From assembly GCF_009914755.1 (NCBI RefSeq), contig NC_060942.1: a DNA stretch of 64,000 bases. One strand, written 5' to 3'. A program made the translations under genes and the position numbers. This document shows positions 1-14,500 of this stretch, one piece after another. Under the pieces are notes generated by a model. The model was given only the letters and a program-made list of their open reading frames with translations, had not been told where the DNA came from and did not search any database. How positions within the stretch are numbered: the stretch's first letter is position 1; each line of letters begins with the position of its first letter. This DNA is from the human T2T-CHM13v2.0 reference genome, Homo sapiens.

Positions 1-183
1 CTACATATTCACTTTTATATTGCTATAAGGTAGGATCCAAGTTTATTTTTTAATTATATGGAAAGCCACTTGTCCCTGCACCAATTTTCTTTGTAGTAGC
101 ATCTTTTTAGTTTTTCACACTTGTATGGATTTGTTTTGGGTTACCATATGGTTTTAAGTACGTCTGCTTTATAATTCAGTCCA

Positions 184-600
<417 letters not shown>

Positions 601-693
601 TCATTAGTTAGTTATTCTTTTGTATCCTTCAATAAAGCTCCACAGTTTTCTTCACCTCTTGCACCTGTTGGGTTTTCATAGCTATTTTGAATG

Positions 694-1005
694 TTTTTTT
701 TTTTTTTTTTTTTTTTTTTTCTGTGAGATGGAGTCTCGCTCTGTTGCCCAGGCTGGAGTGCAGTGGCGCAATCTCAGCTCACTGCAAGTTCTGCCTCCCA
801 GGTCACACCATTCTCCTGCCTCAGCCTCCTTCCCAAGTAGCTGAGACTACAGGCGCCCGCCACCATGCCCGGCTAATTTTTTGTATTTTTAGTAGAGACG
901 GGGTTTCACCGTGTTAGCCAGGATGGTCTCGATCTCCTGACCTCCTGATCCGCCCGTGGCCTCCCAAAGTGCTGGGATTATAGGCGTGAGCTGCCGCACC
1001 TGGCC
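694..1005 (-). mobile_element. Alu (AluY-like)
   Basis: Poly-T, then gagatggagtctcgctctg...gccgcacctggcc. Confidence 0.95.
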
Positions 1006-1359
1006 GGTTTATTTTATATATTCTAAATAGTTATAACTACCATATAGGAGCACGACTGATGTTATATGTTCATCTGTAGTCATCTGCCTTATGAAATCAA
1101 TAATTAGCTCTAATGGTTTATCTTTTGATTCTTAAATAATTTCTATGTAGAAATCATACCATCTGCAGATGATAATTTTGTTTTTTTCCCCCTAATCCTT
1201 AATTCATTTTCTTATCTGTTGCTTGGACCTTCAGTACAGTGTCAGACTGAAGTGAGGATACATAACTTGCCTTATTTTAACTGAAGCTTCATCATTAAAT
1301 ATGATGTTTATTGTAGATTAAAGAATTCCCTTTCTAGTTCTAGTTTGCTGTTGAAGTTT

Positions 1360-2190
1360 TCGGTTGCTGAGTAATGAATTACCTAAAAATTTAATGGCTT
1401 TAAGCAATGAAGTTATTATCTCATATTTTCTTTGGGTCAGGAATGGAAGAGCAGTGTATTAGTTCATTTTTACACTGCTATGAAGAACTACCTGAGACTC
1501 GATAATTTATGAAGAAAAGGGGCTTAATTGACTCACAGTTCCACGGGCTTACCAGGAAGCATGACTAGGAGGCCTCAGGAAACTTACAATCATGGCAGAA
1601 GGTGAAGGGGAAGCAAGCATGTCTTACCATGGAGGAGCAGGAGAGAGAAAGAGGTGGGGGAAGTGCCACACATTTGTAAACCATCAGATCTCCTAAGAAC
1701 TCACTCACTATCCCGAGAACAGCAAGGGGGAAATCTGCCCCCATGATCCTTTTACCTCCCACCAGGTCCCTTCCCCAATACTGGGGATTACCATTCAACA
1801 TGAGATTTGGGTGGGGACACCGAGCCAAACTATATCAAGCATCTTAGCAGGATATTGGCTCAGGATCTTTCATGAGGTTGTACTCAAGATGTCAGCTGGA
1901 GCTGCCGTCATCTGAAGGCTTGCCTGGGGCTGCTTTCAAGGGGGTCTCACTTTCATGCCTGGCAGCATAATGTTGGTTGTAAGCAGGAGGCTTCAGTTTC
2001 TTACTATGTGGACCTCTGCATAGGAATGCTTAAGCATCCTTCTGACATGGCACTGGCCTTCCCCAGAGTGTGATCAGAGAGAGTGCTGGGGGAGGCCATA
2101 GAGTGTTTAATGACTCAGTCTTCACTTCCATCATATTCTGTTGGTTAGAAGCAAGTCACTAAGTCCAGCCCACACTCTAGGAGGAAGTTA
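1360..2190. mobile_element. Old MaLR LTR (MLT1-like), split by a younger MST LTR
   Basis: MLT1-type motifs (aaaatttaatggctttaagcaa; aagatgtcagctggagctgc; aagcaagtcactaagtccagcccaca) on both sides of the MST element. Confidence 0.6.
1455..1837 (-). mobile_element. MST/THE1-family MaLR solo LTR (MSTA-like)
   Basis: TG...CA termini. Minus strand begins tgatatagtttggctcggtgtccccacccaaatctc. Flanks agcag/agcat resemble a 5-bp TSD. Confidence 0.88.
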
Positions 2191-2249
2191 AATGATACAA
2201 AAAGTATTTTGTGTGTTTCTTTTAGTCTGTCTGCCCTACAGAGTAGCAT

Positions 2250-2930
2250 AAGTCAAGGGCTTCTGTCTGGATATCTTTACCTCAGGCCTCTCCTTTGAGC
2301 CCTGTGTATATCCAAGCAGCCATGGTAGCATCTCTCATTGAAGGTTCAAAGGCACCTCATACTCAACATGTCCCAAATCACACTTAACGTTTCTTCCCAT
2401 CTTCTCCTCCCCTCCAAAAATTGGTCCTTTTTCACTGGTCCCCATTTCCATGATTGACACCTTTCTCTGTCCAGCTGTACAAGCTAGGATTGAGTTTGTC
2501 CCATCGTATCTCTTGTATCTTCCCACTTTTATCATCTCCAGCTTCATCTCACATCACAGTTTCCTTTTCTTTTTCTTCAGTTCACTAGCTTTTCAGTGTT
2601 GGGCTCCTTTCTGCTGTAGAGCCTTTACTATTCACTGCCTGTAATGCTTATTTTCCCTCAAACCATGTCTTTCTTAGGGAAGCCTTTTTGACAAAGTCAA
2701 ATCTATTATAGATGTGTGTAGAGCTGTGTACCTTCTTTCAAAGCAGTTATCACAATTGGAATTTCACATTTATATGATTATTAACGTCTGCTTCCCTGGA
2801 GCCAACTCTGAACTTCATAAAGTCAGGGAGTGTGTGCATTTTGTTCACCCTTGTATTCCCTGCATTTGACACATTCCCTACATTTACTGTTTGGGTGACT
2901 GAATGAGTTAATAAGTGAATTAATACATTG
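2250..2930 (+). mobile_element. L2 3' fragment
   Basis: ggcacctcatactcaacatgtcccaaa motif and a degenerate tgaatga tail. Confidence 0.65.
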
Positions 2931-3375
2931 ATTATAGTTCTGTTTGAGAAATAGAGCAAATAGAATATAAAATTAATAAAATAATCTAGGCTCTTTTATT
3001 TGTATTGGAGGATAACACTTGTCTTTTTTAAGTCTTTTAGTTTTCTTGGCAGAAACTCTAGCTGTTAATTAAATAAATAGATTTGTCGAAGGTTCTCATA
3101 TGTAATACCTCTGTCTGGTTAGTATGATGTAAAACTAGTGATCCTGGCTGTGGGTGGCTGGGAGACTGCTGTGTTCTCAGGAGAGAGGAGTAAAGCTAGG
3201 ATCCAAGAGAATGAAGCTTTGTTTTCTCAGAAAGTTACTATCCAGCTGAGATTCTCTCAAACTTTCTGGAGAGCTTTGGTTAGAAATATGAGGGGTAGGA
3301 GAAAATCATTTGGCCGTAGAAAATACTGATTAATCTTTGGGAAAATTTGGCATGTGATATTAAGAATAGGATCAG

Positions 3376-3499
3376 GGTTAGGCGTGGTGGTGCGTGCCTG
3401 TAATCCCAGCAGTTTGGGAGGCCGTGGTGGGTGGATCACTTGAGACCAGGAATTCAAGACCAGCCTGGGTACAAAGTGAGAACCTGTCAAAAACAAAAA
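3376..3499 (+). mobile_element. Free Alu monomer (FLAM-like)
   Basis: gcctgtaatcccagca...gagaccaggaattcaagaccagcctggg, single arm, A-rich tail. Confidence 0.85.
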
Positions 3500-3636
3500 G
3501 AGAAGAAGAAGAAGAAGAAGAAGAAGGAAGGGAGGAAGTGAGGAAGGGAGGAAGTGAGGAAGGGTGGAAGGGAGGGAGGAAAGGAGGGAAGGAAAGAGGG
3601 AGGGAAGGAAGGAAGGGAGGGAGGGAGGGAGAGAGG
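3500..3636 (+). repeat. Polypurine tract: (GAA)8 then (GGAA/GGGA)n
   Basis: Directly visible. Confidence 0.95.
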
Positions 3637-3659
3637 ATTGGATCAGAAGTTTACTGATA

Positions 3660-3975
3660 TGCAAATGGGCCCTGACTTAAGATTTTTTGACTTTGTGAGA
3701 GTGTAAAACCATCACAATTTATGTGTAAGTATGGTATTCAGTAAATTGCATAAGATATTCAACACTTTATTGTAAAATAAGCTTTGTGTTAGATGATTTT
3801 GCACAACTATATGCTAATGCAAGTGTTCTGAGCACATTTAAGGTAGGCTAGGCTAAGCTATAATGTTCTGTTGGTTAGTTGTATTAAAGGCATTTTCGAC
3901 TTTCGACTTAAGATGTTTTCAACTTATGATGGGTTTATTGGTACATTACCCCATCATAAGTCGAGAAGCATCTGT
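3660..3975 (-). mobile_element. TcMar-Tigger non-autonomous element (MER47/Tigger5-like)
   Basis: Minus strand cagatgcttctcgacttatgatgggg...tagcttagcctagcctaccttaaa; TA flank. Confidence 0.75.
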
Positions 3976-4199
3976 AATTAATCACTATACTTTGATATTA
4001 ACTCTAATTTTATAACTTTAAAAATAAGTAGTTAAATGCATTTCAAATGGAAGGTTTTAACTTATGTGGTTGGGACAAAATAAGCAACTTTTAGTTACTT
4101 CCAAAATGAATTCTGGTATGTGTCTTTTGAGAAAACATAAAACAGTTTCTCTCTTTGTAAAACTGGCATTGTTTCTTTGAGGTATCCTCTCCCCCATGT

Positions 4200-5345
4200 T
4201 TGTTTATTTTTAAGTTGATTGAGATTGAATTTATATACAGTAAAATTCATCATTTTAGGTTCAGTTGTATAAGTTTATACAGTGGACACAGTTGTATGAC
4301 CCCCAGCCCAAGAAAGTTATGGAATGTTTTCATTGCCACAGATTCATTTATGGGCAATCCCCTATTCCTTTTTCAGCCCTTGGCAGCCGCTGATCTGATT
4401 TATTGCTGGTTGCTGGGTGGTGTTTCATTGTATAAATATAGTGCAATTTGTTTATCCATTCATCAGATGATTGACATTTGGATTGTTTCCAGATATTGAT
4501 GATTATAAGTAGGCTGCTATAAAGATGTGCATACAGGGCTGTGTGCAGATATGTTTTCCTTTCTCCTGAATAAATAGGAACGGGATTACAGATTCTTGTG
4601 GGGAGAAACTCCCCTGTTTTCCAGAGAGGCTGTACCATTTTGCATTCCCACTGGCACCGTATTAGAGTTCCAGTTGCTCCAATTCCTTTCCAGCACTTGT
4701 TGTTTTTCTTTTTTCTTTTAGCTGTTTTAATCAGTTCATAGTGGTGTTTCATTGTGGTTTTAATTTAATGTTGAATTTCTTTTCATGTACTCATTTGCCA
4801 TCTGAAAAAAGTGTTTGGCTTTTTTGGTAAAGTGACAATTCAGACCTTCTGCCTATTTTATTGGATTGTTTGTTTTCTTACTGTGTTTTGAAAGTTTTTT
4901 ATATATTCCGGATACTAGTCGTCTATCAGATATGTGACTTATAAATATTTTCTCCCAAATTTGTGACTTGCTCTTTATTTTCTTTCAAAGAAAAATTGGA
5001 AGTTTTAGCTTAATCAATAAAGGTGTATCACCTGAGTATAAACAGATATTTTCTTAATGGTGTCTTTTGAAGATTAGTTAGGAAGTCCAGTTTATTTTTT
5101 TTAATGGTTTGTGCTTTTTTGTTCTATCTGGGGAATCTTTGCCTAAGGTCTCAGGGTCTCAAAAGATTTTATTCTGTTTTATTCCAGATCTAGTTCAAAA
5201 ATTTGAGTTAATATTTGTATGTGGTATAGGATATGGGCCAATATTTGTGTTTTTATTGTATATGGATATCTAATTGTTCTGGGACTGTTGAAAAAACTGT
5301 TATTTCTCCATAACAATGGACTGTATATGTGTGGATCTGTTGTAG
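4200..5345 (-). mobile_element. Old L1 (L1M) 3' fragment
   Basis: ccattcatcagatgattgacatttggattgtttcca; ggctgtaccattttgcattcccac. Minus ORF 4348-4752 has L1 ORF2 C-terminal-like CKMVQPLWKT. Confidence 0.85.
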
Positions 5346-5557
5346 AGAGCAGGGCTTGGCTTAGTGCTAAGGTTAGCACTCACTGGTGCACTGTTGTCAC
5401 CAATAATGTTGTCTGTTGTGACAGACAGTGCCTTTGCTGTGCCGAAGATTCCCAGATGATGTTGTTAGTCTTTTCCTCTTAGAAGAGTGGGCAGTTGCTC
5501 AGGTGAAGGCAACACCAGCAGCCTCTGGAAAATGTGGGATGTTTGTTCTTTAAACTT

Positions 5558-6607
5558 TATCAGAGGAACACAGCCCTGATATTCATGTGGGCCCTTTTCT
5601 ATTTTCCCTAAGTGTCCTCCGGTCTGAGAAATAAACGGAGAGAGTACAAAAGAGAAATTTTAAAGCTGGGAGTCTGGGGGAGACATCACGTCAGCAGGTT
5701 CCGTGATGCCCCCGAGCCGTAAAACCAGCAAGTTTTTATTAGTGATTTCCAAAAGGGGAGGGAGTGTACGAATAGGGTGTGGGTCACAGAGTTCACATGC
5801 TTCACAAGGTATTAAAAAATATCACAAGGCAAATGGAGGCAGGGCGAGATCACAGGATCGTGGCGAAATTAAAATTGCTAATGAAGTTTTGGGCACACAT
5901 TGTCATTGATAACATCTTATCAGGAGACAGGGTTTGAGAGCAGACAACCGGTCTGATCAAAATTTACTAGGCGGGAATTTCCTCGTCCTAATAAGCCTGG
6001 GAGTGCTACGGGAGACCGGGGCTTATTTCATCCCTTATCTACAACCATAAAAGACAGACGTTCCCAAAGCGGCCATTTCAGAGACCCCTTGGGAAAGCAT
6101 TCTCTTTCTCAGGGATGGTCCTTGCTGAGAGAAAGAATTCAGCAATATTTCTCCTATTTGCTTTTGAAAGAGAGAAATATGGCTCTGTTCCGCCCGGCCC
6201 ACAGGCAGCCAGACTTTAAGGTTATCTTCCTTGTTCCCTGAACATCACTGTTACTCTGTTCTTTTTTCAAGGTGCCCAGATTTCATATTGTTTAAACAAT
6301 TTGTGCAGTTAACACAACCATCACAGGGTCCTGAGGCGACATTCATTCTCAGCTTAAGAAGATGATGAGATTAAGAGATTAAAGCAAAGACAGGCATAGG
6401 AAATCACAAGAATATTGATTGGGGAAGTGATAAGTGTCCAAGAAATCTTCACAATTTGTTCAGAGATTGCAGTAAAGACAGGCATAAGAAATTATAAAAG
6501 TATTAATTTGGGGAACTAATAAATGTCCATGAAATCTTCACAATTTATGTTCTTCTGCCATGGCTTCAGCTGGTCCCTCCGTTCGGGGTCCCTGACTTCC
6601 CGCAACA
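5558..6607 (-). mobile_element. MER11-family solo LTR (HERV-K11/HML-8) with 6-bp TSD
   Basis: Minus strand starts tgttgcgggaagtcagggacccc. Internal repeats taaagacaggcata. AAACTT duplicated at 5552-5557 and 6608-6613. Confidence 0.92.
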
Positions 6608-9600
6608 AAACTTCTTTTGTTTCCTGAACCTTATTAAAGGTCTCTGGGGCAAATGTGAAATTCCTTTTCAAGGCTTCCTAGATTATGGCTAATCTTTCTG
6701 AACAAGGAGATCATATTAATATTACTTATTAATGGCTATCATGAACCTAAAAATATGATTTATGACTCAACAATGCATTCATAATTTTGCACCATAACTA
6801 TTTTTATAAAGAAACTGCCACCACCCCTTTACCTTGAGGAAAAAAACTTCAAAATGTAATTTTAAAAGTCTGATTTTGTAATATATTAATTTTTTCTAGT
6901 AATGAAAAATATTATATCAAAAATATAAAATTGGCCTTGAGTTTCTTGGATCAAATAATGAAGTCTGAAGACATTGTTACTATATTACTTTGGGGTTTGA
7001 TGTCCTGTAGTCTCTTAAAGGACTGAAATTTGTTGTTGGACAGTTCTCTTCAGCTCTGACTCTTTTCCCCACCTGCTGATTTGTTCTTTGACTGAGCTTT
7101 GTGTGCCTTTTGGAACAAGGACTTGGTTTTCTTTCTATCCTTCATTTTAAGGACAGCGAAGGACACACAAAAGTTGCTTAGTAAGTGGAGAATAAGGAAT
7201 AACTTTACAATAATGGTGGCAATAAAGGTAGCAATTCTTTCATTAAATACATTGTACTAGCTTTCATTAAACAAATTGAAGTAATAATTATTTAATTACA
7301 TATGAAAACTAGAATCTTACCTGCAATGGGTCGTGCAAATTAACAATCTTTTAAACAACTCTTTAGAAAGAAAAATTATCTGCCATATTTAAATAAATGT
7401 TTTTTCATTCTTTTACATCTTATATCTTTGATGACAATTGCAAACATTGGTGGCAACATACTTGGAACTTTATCTTCAATTTTCTAAAGACATAAGTAGC
7501 CTTTTTTTTTTTATTGAACATAAACAACAAAGTAAAAAAAATCAAGTTCCTTACATGTTATTTGCTCTTCACCAGATTTCTTCCTGGTACGGTTATGATC
7601 TCAAAGAAACATCTCAAAGAAGACATTTTCTAAGAGTTTTCTCTTAGAAGCTTACAGAGATGAGCAAGCCTTCTGTGACCTCATTCCCTTGCGGGGAACA
7701 GTAATAGAAACCCCAAATTACCAGTGGCCTCGTCCTAAGAGCCAAACCCTGTGGACATTCTTTCTTTGTTATCTCAGCCTCATAGAGGGTCTAACATTGT
7801 TTATCCATACTCCTTCCTTCCTCTGACTTTTCATGCCTCTCTCAGAGGGGTCTGTTTTCTGCAGTATGTGGAAGGTGATGGGTGTCCTGGAGTTTCAGCC
7901 CCCTTTTTTCTCTCTGCCATTTTCATCGGCCACATCGTCCCCTCTGCCAACCCCAGCTGCTGCTTGTGTATGTATGCCTAACAAACCTGCCTTTTCACAT
8001 CAGACCCAGTTACTCCCCTGACTGCCTATTGACACCTCGACATGAGGCCCCTCACATTCAGTGTGAACTAACTGAACTGATGATTTAGTCCGTATTTCCT
8101 TGCATTGTTGCATTACCATCATCTGTCTAGCTAGTTACCTTGGCCTTAAATCTGGGAATCATTTTTTGCCTCTCCTTTATCTTCCTTTCTCCCCATACTC
8201 CATGTAGGGTGTGCCACACACCCCTCTTCTCCCAAACACTCCCTCTTCACTGCACTTCACCTTCAATCTTAAAAGCTAATTGTGCACCCTTGCGAAACTT
8301 AAGTAGAAGTAGATGAAAAGTTATACTTACATTTAACTATTCTGCAGGCATTTTTTTCAAATAGGATTTTAGAGACCGTAAAACCACATTTGAAATTCAG
8401 ATGTTGCACCAGCAATCAGACTGCTTTGCCAGTGATCAAAAGAGGCAGCTTTTCATATGAAATAACACAAAATATAAATGTATGTATATAGTTTATCTGG
8501 TGAGAACTTTTGTTCCATGACATTGTGCACTCTAATGCTTTAGGTTCTCCCCTCACCTCAGTTACCATAGTTATCAGTAAGTTGCTCACTACAGGTGACC
8601 CAGTATCAGGTATTGAGTAAGCATGATTTTGAGGTAAGAACATGACAGTAGCATCCTTGTTTTCATCTTGCAGTCAGGGAGTATTGGTTTGATGAAAGGA
8701 GGAATATAGGCAAGAGATCAAAGCCCCTAGAGAGATGAGCATAAATAATAACTTTACATTTATAAGTATCACTTAGTGTTTTCTCAGGTTGCTCTCTAGC
8801 AACCTTGTGAAGTAGGCAAGAACTGCTGTATATATTTCATGGATAAACTACAGGCCTGCCCTGAATTGTTCAGGTAAGTGCATCTCTGTTGGCCACCATG
8901 GAACTTGTTGCATAAAGTTGCCCTTGTAAGAAGCTGTTATCTTGCCCACATTCTGGTCCTTCCAGGGCATCTGCATTTGTAGCTTTCAGCATAGACACAG
9001 TGCAGACTCTGTTTCCTCACTCCACTTCATAGGAATGCACTTGGTTTATATTTCTCCTGGTCTTCAGTGACACAGGCTTTGAGCCTTAGAGTCAGCTGCT
9101 GAGCAGGAGATTCTCTACCTCTCTGAGGTCTCTCAGGCTGCTTCATCATGCTCCAAGATGAATTCCTTACGCTTAAGACACCTATGCTCAAACTATCCCA
9201 AATGACTTTTCAAAATTGGTAACCATTCCTCTAGTCATTTTCTCATCATGGTATAACATAATAAAGGGAGGTAGTAGGGTGGGAAATGGAAACTAAAAAT
9301 CAGGGAAGTGTATAAAATTATTGTCAGAGCCAAGACTAAATGTCAGATCTTATGACATATACTTTTCTTTTCCATTATACTTTCCACGAATCTGTTTCCT
9401 GAATGATTGGTGACTGTTGCAGTTTTAGAATGGGATTCAGTGTGAAAGAGGAACGAGAGTTAACTCAGGAAGCTGCTGTAGTGCAGGCTACAAGGAGAAC
9501 TCTATTAATTCTTGAGCCTGGGTACTGAATGTGGACAGTTGAAATGCACTGGGAATCACTAGTTGCCTAACCCCCTATGGTAATTAATAGCTTGACTTTT

Positions 9601-9649
9601 ACCTTAACGTATAATACAGCAGTTGAGTAGGAAGGTAGTTAAGACCCAG

Positions 9650-9880
9650 GTGTTTGATGGGTGTGAAATAGTAGCTCACTGTTGTTTTAATTTGCATTTC
9701 CTAATTGTAGGGAATTGAGCACTTTTCTACATGTTTATTGGCTATTTAGGTTTCCATTCTACAAAGTACCTGTTTATGTCCTTTACCTATTTTCCTATTG
9801 GATTGTTGTATATTGATTTGTAGGAATTATTTATATAGTCCTGATACTCTTTATATATTTTATAAGCATTTTTCCAAGTC
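9650..9880 (-). mobile_element. L1M fragment
   Basis: ttgttttaatttgcatttccta...atgtttattggctattt. Confidence 0.7.
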
Positions 9881-10035
9881 TGATTTTCAAACATAGTCTT
9901 CATAGTGAAATTTCTTATTCTTAATGAAATTAATAATTCATATTACTTAATGTTTATAATATTAAATTAATTTTATAATTCACTTTTGATGTTCTGAATT
10001 TTTAAGTTAATCTTTTTTCCTTTCTTTCTCTATAG

Positions 10036-10138
10036 GGTATGAACGTGATTTCTGATGAAACTGGATTGGAATAATTTTCATGATCTTTGTATATTTATAT
10101 ATATATATTTTTAAATTTTGCATTTGACTTAAAGTGCC
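10036..10138 (+). other. GALNT1: 5' UTR part of first coding exon, with three uAUGs and an (AT)n tract
   Basis: Long pyrimidine tract ending ...ctttctctatag at 10035. Main start gccATGa at 10139. Confidence 0.85.
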
Positions 10139-10277
10139 ATGAGAAAATTTGCATACTGCAAGGTGGTCCTAGCCACCTCCTTGATTTGGGTACTCTTGGA
10201 TATGTTCCTGCTGCTTTACTTCAGTGAATGCAACAAATGTGATGAAAAAAAGGAGAGAGGACTTCCTGCTGGAGATG
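10139..10277 (+). CDS. GALNT1: GALNT1 exon 2: cytoplasmic tail, type II membrane anchor, start of stem
   Basis: [46 protein letters not shown]; donor G|gtgagt. Confidence 0.97.
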
Positions 10278-11749
10278 GTGAGTGACATTTTATAATAGAG
10301 CTGTTTTAACTACTATATCACTGGTTTTTACTAACTAATTTGGATAATATAAAATTTTAACTTTTTTAGATTAACTGTAGTCTGTGACTTCCTGTGGGAG
10401 ATATGAGGATCATATTGATAGTTCTCCAATGGGTTCATCCAGCAGTTAAAAGCATGAAAGTATCATATATAGAATTGCTGAATTCGATTTTTGTGTTCAA
10501 TATTTAGTGTAGTTAATTTCCTGTAAGTTACTTTATGTTACTAAATAATGTGGGTATCTCATAGTTGGGATATCAAAATTGTACAGAAGATTAGTCTAAT
10601 GCCAAAATGCTGAGTGGAGCATTAAAATTGCATTATAAGGTATCAAAAGAGATTACTCCTCCCCTCCCATCTCATTCCTAAGGGGAAGAAATTTTTATAG
10701 ATAGATGTGATCTGTAGAAGTTGTTGTTGTTGTTGTTAATGTTTTAGATAGCTGCAGTTAGCACTTTTAGGGAGAACTTTTTTGAAAAGATTGGGTGATA
10801 GAATAGAGGCTGCAGTGAGATCATTGCAATATCTAGTATGGAAAGGAAATAAATATACAAATATAAAGGAGGGAGGTAATAGGTAGTACTGATATTTTTG
10901 GCAGAGGACATTGGAAAATTCAGTTTTAAACTCCTTTTATTCAACAAACAAATGTTGCCATTTTTTAAAAAATTCTTTTTTTTTTTTTTTTGTTTTTAAC
11001 CATAATGAAAATGACTGCATTGCAAGAGTCAGTAATCCAGTTGTTCTGGGCTCTGAACTCTGTGATTAGTTATAGAATACATGGCTATACAGCAGTTCTA
11101 CTATTTTTAGAAATTATATACAAATAATTACTCTTTAAACATGTTTTCTTTAAGCATATAGCCACATTTAAATTTTTTATACTTTTATGATGAGAAGGGC
11201 CTTTGGTCCCCCAAAATTTACAATAGAAAAAAAATATTGATTTGTATTGTTAACTGTACCAACTTAACTTTAATTGTTATATGTGGGCTTACATAACTGG
11301 TTCTATTTATATCTTCTTGGGAAATCTGCCTAAAATTAGGCTTAGTTGCTAGCACTGAATTCCAGTAATGCCTAGGCTAATTCCTAACTTAAATTTTCAC
11401 TTTTTCCAAATGTTTTAATACATTTTTCATCCAAAGTCAGCCTATTAGTTTGCATAATATTTACTTTATAGCTCTGCTGTTGAGTATCTTTGTTGGGTGA
11501 CAAAATGTTGCCACCTTAACTGTTGCTAGAACTGTATTCATACTGTCTATGTTTAAATCAAAGAACAGGTATTACGATTCATCAGTCAGAAACTTGAGTA
11601 TTCTTTTCCCAAATAGAATGGAATAAATTTCCCCTCACCCTACCTTAATTCATTGCCATTTATAATAAGCTCATGGTGTTCTATCTTAAATGTAAAGACT
11701 TGACAGTGAGAAAGAATAGGCTCTATAGCATGTGTAGATTCACTTGAAT

Positions 11750-13400
<1,651 letters not shown>

Positions 13401-14172
13401 GGTTTAAACTATAGGGGAAAGGAGGAATACTTGAAAGAACAAATTCTCAGCAGATGAGACAGTGGGGTATCAGAAACGTGAAAAGGATTCTCCTCAAAGA
13501 GCATCCACAGGTTATTATAGTTTTGACAACCACTAGTGGCATAAGTTTCAAAGAAAAAGACTGGGTTTTGTACAAAAGTACAAGCTAAAGGAGCAAAAGT
13601 CTGAAAGTAACGGAGGTATGAGATGGCCTCCTTGCCTCTGGAGGAAAGGAGAACGAATCATTCTCCCAGAAACAGTTGTGAGGTTAAATGGACTCTGGAG
13701 GAGAGCTAGACTTCAGTTAAGTCTGTAGATGGAGCCTGTGTATTGTGGAGACCAGACAGTGGAGAGGCTTTACAACAGCCTGGGGGTGTCAGGGTGTTCA
13801 GGGGACAGACTGAGAAGGACCTCCAAGCGTGAGGGAAGGGCTGAGCCGTAGGCTGGAGGGGAAGTACATAGCTAAGGGGAGATAATCTTTGAGGTCCCTG
13901 GTAGTCTTAAGGGAAGAAATGATTAGGGGAAGAGCACAGTTGATGCTAATAAGCAACAGTTTGAAAAATCTGCTTTGATATGAAGTTTCAGTGCAGTAGG
14001 TGCTGAGAGGTCTTAAGTCTTTTCAGAGCCCAGAGGTTGTTAAGGTTCTGCTAGTGACAAATTTCTGTGGTGCATTTGAAGAGATGTTTACTAAAGAGGA
14101 TCAGGGAGAGGGAATGGGTAATGGCACCAAGGATGCCAACTTTCTAGTGGAATTAGCATGTACATTATGTGA

Positions 14173-14500
<328 letters not shown>

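Noticed and set aside
3257-3664. 135-aa and 87-aa low-complexity ORFs
   Set aside because: Artefacts of the Alu monomer plus purine microsatellite.
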